Positions 39,701 to 47,428 of a stretch of DNA of 64,000 nucleotides are shown here, in pieces (the first letter of the stretch is position 1; each line of letters opens with the position of its first letter). This DNA comes from a virus (taxonomy: Duplodnaviria > Heunggongvirae > Uroviricota > Caudoviricetes): IMG/VR virus record IMGVR_UViG_3300042554_002914; one strand, given 5' to 3'. The position numbers and the translations under genes are program-made. The notes beneath the pieces were generated by a model. The model saw only the letters and a list, made by a program, of their open reading frames with translations, did not search any database and had not been told where the DNA came from.

Positions 39701-41530
39701 GCATTTAACTCCCAACATCCTTCTAACTGCATACCAGTGTTTTACTGAGTTAGCACCTTTCGCAAGGAGGACATGGGCTATGAAGTGTTCTCGGATTGTT
39801 AGTTTTACTCTGTTTCCTTTGGAGTTATCCCCACCGTCACACTTAGGTATGATGTGATGGACGTGGTATCCCCTTTCCTTGGAGATTCCTCTATACTTCC
39901 TGGAGGAGCAGAGTTCGTGGTACCATTTTAACCATTTGTTAGGGTGCTGGGCGCTCGTGGATGGGTTATTATTTTCGGTATTCACCATCTAGTCGTTGAA
40001 CCTTTTGACTACAACTCTATTATAGCATAGAGTCCGAAATAGTCAACTTGGCTGCTGATTGCCTTGTGTTTCAGAGAAGTCACTCCTGAAACCGTCAGGG
40101 TTCCCAGCAATTCACCCAGTTTTTCTATCAGTTTTTCAACTGACGGAGGCTATCGATCTAACCTCTTCAGGCAATTCCCAAGCCACTACTTCTTGTTCAA
40201 GAGCGTAGGGCTCAGAGTCGTAACGGCTCTGTACATACGGAATGTTAGTCCCGTAAGCACGGCGGAAGTCGTTAATAGCAAATTGTTCCTTCAATTATGT
40301 TATCGCAGGGGCTCTTTATCCCCCACTTCTCTTTGTTTCCAAAGAGTTCAGACTATATCATCGTTTTGTAAACAAAACGTCAGGCGCTCGTGGAGTTTTC
40401 ATCTGTTCTAGATTACTAACTCTAGTCGTTGAACGTTCCGTCAATCCCTTGACGGCTTCGCTGCTGATTACCATAGCATCAAACTTTCGTTTGAAGCCGT
40501 AGGCTTCCCAGCAATTCACCCAATTTTTCATAACCCCTCACGGAGTTAAGCGGCATATGGAATACCGAAGCGCAGGATACGTCCTGCACGAGTTGGCGTG
40601 TCTACCACCGGTGCTATGAATAATATACAAAACTTAACGTTTTGCTCTGCATGTTTCCATGCAGTTTAGACTATATCATCATCTTTGCCTAAGCAAAGAG
40701 TCGGGCGCTCGTGGAAAGATTATTCTTGGGTCAGTCACTTTCTAGTCGTTGAACCTTCTTACTTCACTCTTATTATAGCAACAAGAGACCCGAAGTAAAC
40801 TTGGCTGCTGATTGCCTCTTTTGCGTAGCAAAAGTAAGGTGTCCCAGCAGTTCACCCGATTATTCGACAGGGGTCACCCCCTGAAGGAACCTCATTGATT
40901 CGCAATGTTGGTAGACGGTAGCATGAAACCTTGCGCGAGGGTGGTGAGACATTTGTTAACGTAGAGGCTCTTTATTCCCTACCTCTCTTTGTTTCCAAAG
41001 AGTTCAGACTATATCATCGTTTTGTAAACAAAACGCCCGGCGCTCGTGGAGTTTTCATCTGTTCTAGATTACTAACTCTAGTCGTTGAACCTTCCTTTTC
41101 TCCCGAAAAGGCTTGGCTGCTGATTACCATAGCTTTCAAACTTTCGTTTGAAGCCGTAGGCTTCCCAGCAATTCACCGGATTTTCTTTGTTAAAAACAAA
41201 GCCACTCCTTTAAATGGGCAATATGTTATCGCAAAGGCTCTTTATCCCTTGCTTCTACATGTTTCCATGTAGGCCAGACTATATCATCATCCTATAACTC
41301 CCATGCTGAGGAGTCAAGGAGCTGGGCGCTCGTGGAGTTTTCATCTGTTCTAGATTACTAACTCTAGTCGTTGAACGTTCCGTCAATCCCTTGACGGCTT
41401 CGCTGCTGATTGCCTCTTTTGCATAGCAAAAGTAAGGTGTCCCAGCAATTCACCCAGTTTTCTGCCATCATTAAAATGACAGGGACCCTAATTAATCCAC
41501 ACCTGCGTAGGTCTGTTGTAGATTCATCAT
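36762..41530 (-). CDS. Major capsid protein, 351 aa, in 10 exons: 41530-41495, 41218-41214, 40949-40898, 40620-40564, 40291-40161, 39295-39259, 38979-38942, 38669-38131, 37180-37149, 36890-36762
   Basis: Exon lengths 36+5+52+57+131+37+38+539+32+129 = 1056 nt = 351 codons plus stop, with no internal stops: MMNLQQTYAGVDPILTTLAQGFMLPSTNIANFIAPVVDTPTRAGRILRFGKEQFAINDFRRAYGTNIPYVQSRYDSEPYALEQEVVAWELPEEVIENAGEGPAQVDLRAIETRNAMSRLMNSYEY...AFSYTYQLTGTPAVRPEYYIRERRVVRAEITIERVVNLVGLGASGLIGSGAMITNILS. VDPILT..A.G, FGKE.F and W....SNPIEDI...K....IGIRPN match capsid proteins of this type. The gene lies downstream of the portal, protease and decoration genes. Confidence 0.9.
36891..37148 (-). mobile_element. 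Group I intron 9 (258 nt)
   Basis: Core elements; P1 UCCU with GGGG; P10 UACU with AGUA; terminal G. Confidence 0.9.
37242..37919 (-). CDS. Intron-encoded HNH homing endonuclease with NUMOD3-like motif
   Basis: EKHHIIPICCGGNDEVSNLVMLTRREHYIAH; HPWTGRKMTEEHKLKISK; stop TAG lies within GAUAUAG. Confidence 0.88.
   Translation of the reverse strand: MVNTENNNPSTSAPLLIECHFLNKWEKWYWNLITSRLLLLRPIPKRRGSKNGLEKHHIIPICCGGNDEVSNLVMLTRREHYIAHLLLSLSQPHNKKLWWAIWKSSKQWGLGSREISLISPKLGSSEEAKRKNSDWHKNHFKDKSNHPWTGRKMTEEHKLKISKTLSLKVRGINNPRSRKELWSRFDELFELWVELGKPAIRKFARHLNLPDSHVTGLIRNFRKKI
37950..37977 (-). promoter_or_regulatory. Sigma70-type promoter inside intron 8 for the HNH gene
   Basis: TTGACT-N16-TATAAT with extended -10 (TGC TATAAT), 30 nt upstream of ATG 37919. 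Confidence 0.7.
38670..38941 (-). mobile_element. Group I intron 7 (272 nt)
   Basis: P1 GGCU with GGCC; P10 CAUU with AAUG; terminal G; splits a Leu codon CT|A. Confidence 0.9.
38980..39258 (-). mobile_element. Group I intron 6 (279 nt)
   Basis: P1 GUGGAU with GUCCAC; P10 GCGUAG with CUACGC; terminal G. Confidence 0.9.
39350..39988 (-). CDS. Intron-encoded HNH homing endonuclease with NUMOD3-like repeats
   Basis: HVHHIIPKCDGGDNSKGNRVKLTIREHFIAH; basic repeats (KSKQMRERLSK, GRVQTEEEKEKRSES); stop lies within the GAUAUAGUCUGA core element. Confidence 0.88.
   Translation of the reverse strand: MVNTENNNPSTSAQHPNKWLKWYHELCSSRKYRGISKERGYHVHHIIPKCDGGDNSKGNRVKLTIREHFIAHVLLAKGANSVKHWYAVRRMLGVKCGEGAITYRPRTSILATSLQKTSFGIAPGAAEKGRPKSKQMRERLSKTKMGKSLPEKTLKKAHEANRGRVQTEEEKEKRSESAKKYWADKEKSETHRQIAREHMAKLRKKNRGEDIV
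40019..40046 (-). promoter_or_regulatory. Sigma70-type promoter inside intron 5 for the HNH gene
   Basis: Identical TTGACT-N16-TATAAT, 30 nt upstream of ATG 39988. Confidence 0.7.
40292..40563 (-). mobile_element. Group I intron 4 (272 nt)
   Basis: Core elements; P1 CGGU with GCCG; UUCC can pair with 3' exon GGAA; terminal G. Confidence 0.9.
40621..40897 (-). mobile_element. Group I intron 3 (277 nt), terminal nucleotide A
   Basis: Core elements present; P1 GAAU with GUUC; P10 AUGAG with exon UUCAU. Confidence 0.85.
40950..41213 (-). mobile_element. Group I intron 2 (264 nt)
   Basis: Same core elements; P1 CCAU with GUGG; terminal G; splits an Ile codon AT|T. Confidence 0.88.
41219..41494 (-). 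mobile_element. Group I intron 1 of capsid gene (276 nt)
   Basis: Core elements GAAUUGCUGGGA, AAUCAGCAGC, GUUCAACGACUAG, GAUAUAGUCU; P1 exon GGAU with GUCC (U.G at the splice site); terminal G. Confidence 0.9.
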
Positions 41531-41651
41531 AATAGATGATTTCCTTTTCTAGGTTGACTTCAAAGATTGCGTTGGCAATCTAACCCAAAAGTCCGAAAAC
41601 TTCGGGGTCACTGTAGTTATACCCACACTTTGCTAATGGAAGCCTAACCAT

Positions 41652-41677
41652 AAAAAAGGAGCCCCTTTCGGAGCCCC
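41652..41677 (-). terminator. Intrinsic terminator between decoration and capsid genes
   Basis: Minus strand GGGGCTCC-GAAA-GGGGCTCC-TTTTTT (stem with G.U pairs). Confidence 0.75.
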
Positions 41678-41699
41678 GTAGTAAAAATTCAATCAGCAA

Positions 41700-42173
41700 T
41701 CAGTTGAAGGTTGCAATAACCAAGGTACGACGACCGATCGTAACAATCTCACGAATAAGTGGAGTGGTACCATCTAGGGTAACGTTCACACCGCTGTTGG
41801 CGACTGGGAGTGCTTTACCGTCAGTGCCAACAGAAAGGCGGCTACCAATGGTAAAAGCAGCGACAGCCGAAGCGCTTACTTCGACGATCAAAGAGCCGCT
41901 ACTGGCGACACTAACTTGACGGGCAGTTTGAGGTTGGGATAGTGCAGTCGGGATATAAGACTGGCTAACACCTACGATAGCCCCGGTAAAGGATGTTAAA
42001 TTACCAGGGGAGCAGACTAGATTAGCTCCGGCATAGGTTGCTTGAGCGACGACCGAAAATTCAGGGATTTCGACTACGCCAATACTACCAGCTTGGTTGT
42101 CGGTAGCGGCTTGCCAGGTGGAAGCATATCTGATGTACTGTTTTGCGTAAACGGGTGCAATGTTTAGACTCAT
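41700..42173 (-). CDS. Capsid decoration/cement protein (DUF2190-like)
   Basis: IVGVS...VSVASSG.LIVE...FTIGSRLSVGTDGKA; immediately upstream of the capsid gene. Confidence 0.65.
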   Translation of the reverse strand: MSLNIAPVYAKQYIRYASTWQAATDNQAGSIGVVEIPEFSVVAQATYAGANLVCSPGNLTSFTGAIVGVSQSYIPTALSQPQTARQVSVASSGSLIVEVSASAVAAFTIGSRLSVGTDGKALPVANSGVNVTLDGTTPLIREIVTIGRRTLVIATFN

Positions 42174-42281
42174 GATCTTTTTCTTAATATGTGTTGACTT
42201 TTGGTTTACTCTAGGACTTGTTTTTCACCTAGCTGATGTGATAATTGGTTTTACCCCCACTTACGTGGGGTTGCTGATGGG

Positions 42282-43043
42282 TTACCGGTAATCGACCAGA
42301 CATCTGCATCTGTCATAGCATCTGCATCTCTGCCCAGGAAGTGGTAGGGAGCCAATGGGTTGCCAACCTAACTTCTCATATTCTTTGCATTCTTTGCAAG
42401 TTTTTTTGTCCTTTTTGGCAACTCGCATCATTTCTTTATGGCCTTGTTCTTCCTTCACTAGGTAATCACCCAGTTGAAAAAATGCGTAAGCTGGGGTAAC
42501 AAGGTAGCGAGAAACCCTAGAAAAAACCCCTTGCCAGGTTTGCCCCACACCGGAATTAATCGAATTCTGTATGGCATCCTGAACCCCGGGGTCCTCAGAG
42601 TCGTAGTCGGGATCCTCTAAAATATCCCAATCATAGTCGCCAGATGGTCCTTTGGAGGCAAAATCCATTTCGTCACCGACTATAGAGATTGCATTATTGT
42701 CAAATCGAGCCTTTGTCACATTGAGGAATTTAAGTAATGGTGGCACCAATTGTCCGACAACTGTTGGCCATGCTTTTTCCAATTTTGCTTTAGGCTTCGA
42801 TGATGCTGACCCAAGGTAGACTCCTGCTAAAGATGCCTCTAAGGTTTTGTCAACCATGGCACGAGAAAACTCGTCCCACTTTATGTCTTTGTCCTTAAGA
42901 GACTTAACTAAAAGCTTAGAATCCTTAAGCATCATACTCTCTAGATTCTCAATGGTTTTAGCCTTTCTAGCTAGGGATTCGGCATTAGAGAAAAAATCTC
43001 CCCTCCTTTTAGTGGCAGAGCCAATTAAGGAAAGGAGATCCAT
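42282..43043 (-). CDS. MuF-like head morphogenesis protein
   Basis: C-terminal DKKTCKEC...LPLPGQRCRCYDRCRC; located in the head module. Confidence 0.6.
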   Translation of the reverse strand: MDLLSLIGSATKRRGDFFSNAESLARKAKTIENLESMMLKDSKLLVKSLKDKDIKWDEFSRAMVDKTLEASLAGVYLGSASSKPKAKLEKAWPTVVGQLVPPLLKFLNVTKARFDNNAISIVGDEMDFASKGPSGDYDWDILEDPDYDSEDPGVQDAIQNSINSGVGQTWQGVFSRVSRYLVTPAYAFFQLGDYLVKEEQGHKEMMRVAKKDKKTCKECKEYEKLGWQPIGSLPLPGQRCRCYDRCRCLVDYR

Positions 43044-43048
43044 TTAGC

Positions 43049-45622
43049 TCAGTTAGAAGTCCAAAGGCAAGTTTTGATGGCTTCCAAATAGTCGGAGGCT
43101 TCACCGCGTTTTACCATTTCAAGGGCTCTTTCATGGGGATCCATGTTTTCTAAGGTTGCTTCAAATGCTTTGTCTTCCGGTCCAACAATTTCCCCAAAAT
43201 GCACCATGCTTGGCAGGCGATTTAAAATTCCAAAGAGTTTAGACGTTGGTGTTTCACCTTCGGAGAATTCCAAGGTCCCAAATTCTAAACCTTCGCAGAA
43301 ACTTTGCAGTTCATCTTGCTGAATGATGGCATTGGTCAGTTTGCCGTCGCTATAAAGATTCTCAACGTAGTGGGAAATCCTTTGTTTATGGGCATGAACT
43401 TTCTGCTCTTCGAATTCCTTTTTGAGCCTATCATTTTCTTTCCTAAGTGCCTCAACCTCTTTCTCAATCTCCCTGTAGATTTGGGCTGGGAATCCGGTAG
43501 GACGGGCTTGACCTGCAGAACCCATTCCGCTATACTTAACTTCTTCTTCCCCGTCAGAACAAGCTCCCATGGAACCCTTGGGCTCCTTATAAGTCGAACC
43601 CTTGCCTGTTACAGTCATTGGGTCTTCCTCCTCTGCTGCCCTTTTACGGCGGGACATTTCACCTTCAGCATGGTTGACGGATGCCTTCTCACCGGACTTC
43701 TGACGGACAACCCGGACCTTATCACTTTGGGTAGCATCCTTTACGTCAACTGCCATGTCGAGATCATCGGGATCTTCCTCAGAGCGAGTTGGGAAATCAG
43801 TCGGGCCACCCTCGCGGCCACGGGGGGCTTTACCACTGGAAGTCTTGGCGGATTTCGGTTCTCGGACGACTCCCTCTTCATCAGGCTCACCACCTTCGGC
43901 ATGGTCGGCAATTGGGCCACCTTTGAGTGGGGCTCTTTTGTCGCTAGATGATTGGTGAATGACGCGGGAAGTTTTGTTACCTTTAACTGATTTGACATCT
44001 ACTGCCATATCGAGATTGTCGGGGTCTTCCTCAGAAAGGTTAGAAACTGGGGTAGGCCCTTCGCTGCGGCCATGGGGATCCTTCCCATCGGAAGTTCCAG
44101 GGCGTTGCTTCTCCGGGTACTTGGTGCTGGCATCGTCGTACTGATCGTTGTTTCTATCTTTGGCCATAGTATCTTGACCAGCCCAACGACCTTCCTGACT
44201 ATTGTCACCATCTTCCTCTCTGGCAGTTTTTAGGCGGTCTTCGTCTTGTTCGCTATTTTTTGCAGTCTTGAGACGGTCCTCGTCTTGTTCACCATCGCTG
44301 GTTACACCATCGCGGTCTTCCTCTGGGGCTTTACCGGCCTTTTGACGGGCTCCGTAGCTATCATCTTTAGATCGGGCAGTAACCGAACGGCCAGTAACTT
44401 TATCTCCGGTTTCACCTTTGTGAGTGCCAAAGGATACTTTCCCATTAGATGCGGTTTTGTGACTAACTTCGTCGTACTCTAGTTCATTGTACTCTGAATC
44501 CTCGTCATCCATTTCCTCTTCGTCCATGTCCGCTTCGTCAACAGGTTGACTGGGGGCTTTCTTTTTCTTGGACTTGGAAACTTCCTTATGCTGAGAATCG
44601 ATACCTTCCTCAAATACTTGCTCAACAACCTGAACCTCCTGGCCACCAGCCCCTTTAGAGACACGGCGCTTAATGCCTTCCTCGAATTCGGTGTCTTGGC
44701 GCTCTGGTTCATCCTCGGAGGAGTCCATCATTTCGGACTCATTGCCACCTTCGGTAACTTCCTTGAATTCCCCGTCTTCTTCGGCATCATTAAGATCGGC
44801 TTTGGGGGAAGCCTCTGGTTTGGACATTTTTGGCTTGTTTTCTGGTGCTTTGGTTTCTAGATTGGCTACTTCTTGAGTAGACTCAGCGCCTTCGCGCCCC
44901 AAGTTCTTTTTCATTTCAGAGAATTGCTGATTAGGGTTATCGGGGTTGGCGTTTTGATCCGCCGAATTTGTGGTTTCAGGTTGTTGGCCTTGGCCGACAT
45001 CTGGTTCTGTTTGTTGGTCCTGGTTTTGTTCTAGTTGCTGTAGGGACTGATTGACTTCACTTTTGACTTCATCTAGTCTTTCTTTTAGCATTTCTAGGGG
45101 ACTTTTTTCTATAAGCAGCGTCGGTCCTAAGTCCTTATCAAAAATTTGGTCAGGGGACAGGGCCACCGCAAAGTCGAAAACTCCCTCTTCTTCGCTGAAA
45201 GAGAATGGCTCCAAGCCTTTCACAGCTGGGGGTGCAGCTCCGAGCAATGCCAAATGCCTTGCACTCCACTTGCCTTTGTGTGGGTTAATGGGGGAATCGG
45301 GGGAATAGAAGGAAATGGAAACTTTCCTATAATGACCACCTCTAACTAAGTCCTTAGCTACATCTGTAAATTCTACATCTGCATATAAGTCATCACCCTT
45401 TTGAGAGAATCCTTTAATCCACCCGTAAGCAGGTACGCTGTCGTTATCTCCAGAGTGGCCAATTACAAGGGGGGCTGAATGGACTTTGGGGTCATATGAG
45501 TTTGCAACTTCCTTAAGGTCGTCAGCAGAGAAGTTCCTCTGCACACCCTGTGCGCTAGTTTGGGGGCCAGCTTTAAATACGTGGACTTTTTTTGAGAACA
45601 CTTTTTTATCGGATTTACTCAT
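43049..45622 (-). CDS. Mu-like prohead protease fused to a long acidic scaffold
   Basis: APLVIGH, PAYGWI, YRKVSISFY, RHLALLGAAPPAVKGL; C-terminal coiled coil. Confidence 0.88.
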   Translation of the reverse strand: MSKSDKKVFSKKVHVFKAGPQTSAQGVQRNFSADDLKEVANSYDPKVHSAPLVIGHSGDNDSVPAYGWIKGFSQKGDDLYADVEFTDVAKDLVRGGHYRKVSISFYSPDSPINPHKGKWSARHLALLGAAPPAVKGLEPFSFSEEEGVFDFAVALSPDQIFDKDLGPTLLIEKSPLEMLKERLDEVKSEVNQSLQQLEQNQDQQTEPDVGQGQQPETTNSADQNANPDNPNQQFSEMKKNLGREGAESTQEVANLETKAPENKPKMSKPEASPKADLNDAEEDGEFKEVTEGGNESEMMDSSEDEPERQDTEFEEGIKRRVSKGAGGQEVQVVEQVFEEGIDSQHKEVSKSKKKKAPSQPVDEADMDEEEMDDEDSEYNELEYDEVSHKTASNGKVSFGTHKGETGDKVTGRSVTARSKDDSYGARQKAGKAPEEDRDGVTSDGEQDEDRLKTAKNSEQDEDRLKTAREEDGDNSQEGRWAGQDTMAKDRNNDQYDDASTKYPEKQRPGTSDGKDPHGRSEGPTPVSNLSEEDPDNLDMAVDVKSVKGNKTSRVIHQSSSDKRAPLKGGPIADHAEGGEPDEEGVVREPKSAKTSSGKAPRGREGGPTDFPTRSEEDPDDLDMAVDVKDATQSDKVRVVRQKSGEKASVNHAEGEMSRRKRAAEEEDPMTVTGKGSTYKEPKGSMGACSDGEEEVKYSGMGSAGQARPTGFPAQIYREIEKEVEALRKENDRLKKEFEEQKVHAHKQRISHYVENLYSDGKLTNAIIQQDELQSFCEGLEFGTLEFSEGETPTSKLFGILNRLPSMVHFGEIVGPEDKAFEATLENMDPHERALEMVKRGEASDYLEAIKTCLWTSN

Positions 45623-45624
45623 GC

Positions 45625-47352
45625 TTATTTTTTACCCTTGACCTTGTTTTCCATCTCTGATATTATAGAGTCTATTTCCTTACCGGAAATTCCACTTGTG
45701 GATTCGGTCTCATTTGCCTCTTCCTCAGGGAGTTCCCCCGGTTCGGATTCCCCTGGTTCTTCAGCCAATGCAGAGTCTAACTCGGATAGTAAGGAGTCTA
45801 ACTCTTTGTTGGCTTTGCTATTTTTCTTTTTTGGTTGCTTTTCTACAGGGGGTTGCTTTGTTGGAGTTTCTTCATTCGGAGTCGTCTCATCCGGGGTTTC
45901 TTCACCCTGAATTCCCCCATCCGGGGCCTCTTCATCTGGGGTCACATCACCCATGGTCACCTCATCCCGGGCCACATCATCCGGGGCCATCTCAGTGGTA
46001 GATCCAGGGGGCCCTTCAGCATCGCCACCCGAACCATCTTCTGGACCGAAAATCGACTCATATAGGTTCTTATCCTTTTCAGGGTCAAACGTAGTTTCTC
46101 CTTCGCTACCTTGTTGGCCTTCAGCAGATTTGGCCTCATCTTCTAGATCAACTCTAAAGTGCCTCTCAATCCATTCTCTACGGGGTTTGAAACCATTTTG
46201 AATCAATAGGGAAACATCAGCGGGTGTCAGTTGGGACTCCTCAATTCTGAACTCCCTAGTTAAGGTCGGAGATGCAACATCAGCACCGAAATTTAAATCT
46301 ACAATCCACCTTACCAAAGTTTGAGTTAGTTGATGACAGATCATTTCTGATATCTCAGATGCCCTCACCACTCGAACTACGTTAGCAACCATCGACGAAG
46401 CCCTGGAACCAGACTCAGCCTGCCCAGCTTCATTTTCACCGCAAATCAGAAGGCTAATGACTTTATCCAGGTAGTCAATCAAGCCTTTAAACACATCGGG
46501 GCTACCTTCAGGGTTAATAAAATCCAATACGAACCCTTCAGGTAAAACCATCGCGGTCTCTTGGGATAAATTTGAGATCATCCCATAAATATTATCGATT
46601 TCGGCTGTTGATGCACTTAGGGGGGCAGTTGCTACGGTAGTCGGGGTTGCATATCTGTCACCATAAAGGACATAAGACTCTAATGCCCTCTTCCTAAACT
46701 TCACCAGGGGGTATAAAATACGACCAATCGAAGAACCATAGGGATCCCCATTATGCTGAGTCCAGTACCTATTGATGATGAATTTACGCGCAGGTAGCTC
46801 GATACCTTCAAACATCCTGTTGAATGTCAAGCAACGCATTGTAAAACCTGTTTGAGAATCCTCAGCTTCTTGGAAGACAAATCGGCGCTGGTCTCTAACT
46901 CGAACATCAAATGGGATGACACCCCGCTTGGTTTTCTTCCACATTACTTCCGCAACACTGAAACCAACAATTAAGGCTTCGGCTAAGCCTTTGAAAATAT
47001 CGTCTATTGGCAACTCCTCTAAAACTTCTGCTACAAAGTCCCTGACGGCTAAATCCCCAGGTTTATCGCTGTATTCCTGAACATACCATGGCCTAGACGT
47101 AACTTCCTGGAGCAACTTAGAGTAAGAACCCTGGACTTGTTCATCCAATAGCAACCTTTGGTAAGTTGATAATGCGCGATTACCTCCCTTTTGGATTAGT
47201 AGGTCGTCATTAGGGCGAACAATGCTGGAACCAGTCCCCGTAAAAGGAGAGCTAGAACCAAACATGTAAATGGAACTAAGCGCATACGGGTTACTGATGT
47301 ACGAGCTTATTTCACCGGTTGGGACAGGCGATGTCTTAAATCTTTTGGCCAT
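45625..47352 (-). CDS. Portal protein (Mu gp29/DUF935-like) with acidic tail
   Basis: ALIVGFSVAEVMW, DPYGSSIGR.LY, LIDYLDKVISLLICG, GSRA, LVRWIVDLNFG. Confidence 0.88.
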   Translation of the reverse strand: MAKRFKTSPVPTGEISSYISNPYALSSIYMFGSSSPFTGTGSSIVRPNDDLLIQKGGNRALSTYQRLLLDEQVQGSYSKLLQEVTSRPWYVQEYSDKPGDLAVRDFVAEVLEELPIDDIFKGLAEALIVGFSVAEVMWKKTKRGVIPFDVRVRDQRRFVFQEAEDSQTGFTMRCLTFNRMFEGIELPARKFIINRYWTQHNGDPYGSSIGRILYPLVKFRKRALESYVLYGDRYATPTTVATAPLSASTAEIDNIYGMISNLSQETAMVLPEGFVLDFINPEGSPDVFKGLIDYLDKVISLLICGENEAGQAESGSRASSMVANVVRVVRASEISEMICHQLTQTLVRWIVDLNFGADVASPTLTREFRIEESQLTPADVSLLIQNGFKPRREWIERHFRVDLEDEAKSAEGQQGSEGETTFDPEKDKNLYESIFGPEDGSGGDAEGPPGSTTEMAPDDVARDEVTMGDVTPDEEAPDGGIQGEETPDETTPNEETPTKQPPVEKQPKKKNSKANKELDSLLSELDSALAEEPGESEPGELPEEEANETESTSGISGKEIDSIISEMENKVKGKK

Positions 47353-47428
47353 TGCCTTCCCCCTTGTTGATATGATGTTTGACCAAGCTACTAAATGTTA
47401 CGCTGTAGAGGTTTTACCCCGTGGAAAC

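Larger units (their letters stand above)
39296..40160 (-). mobile_element. Group I intron 5 (865 nt) carrying an HNH endonuclease
   Basis: P1 GAGGU with GCCUC; P10 UCGAU with AUCGA; terminal G; splits a Val codon GT|A. Confidence 0.9.

Noticed and set aside
36510-41272. Plus-strand ORFs with repeated LVVERS / RLYHRF / PAIH peptides (36510, 38639, 39129, 40064, 40931)
   Set aside because: They are antisense translations of the repeated intron cores.
36891-41494. CRISPR array or diversity-generating retroelement as the explanation for the recurring 30-100 nt repeats
   Set aside because: The repeats are group I core motifs in fixed order; the unique segments between them include exons that join in frame; no cas or reverse transcriptase gene is present in the window.
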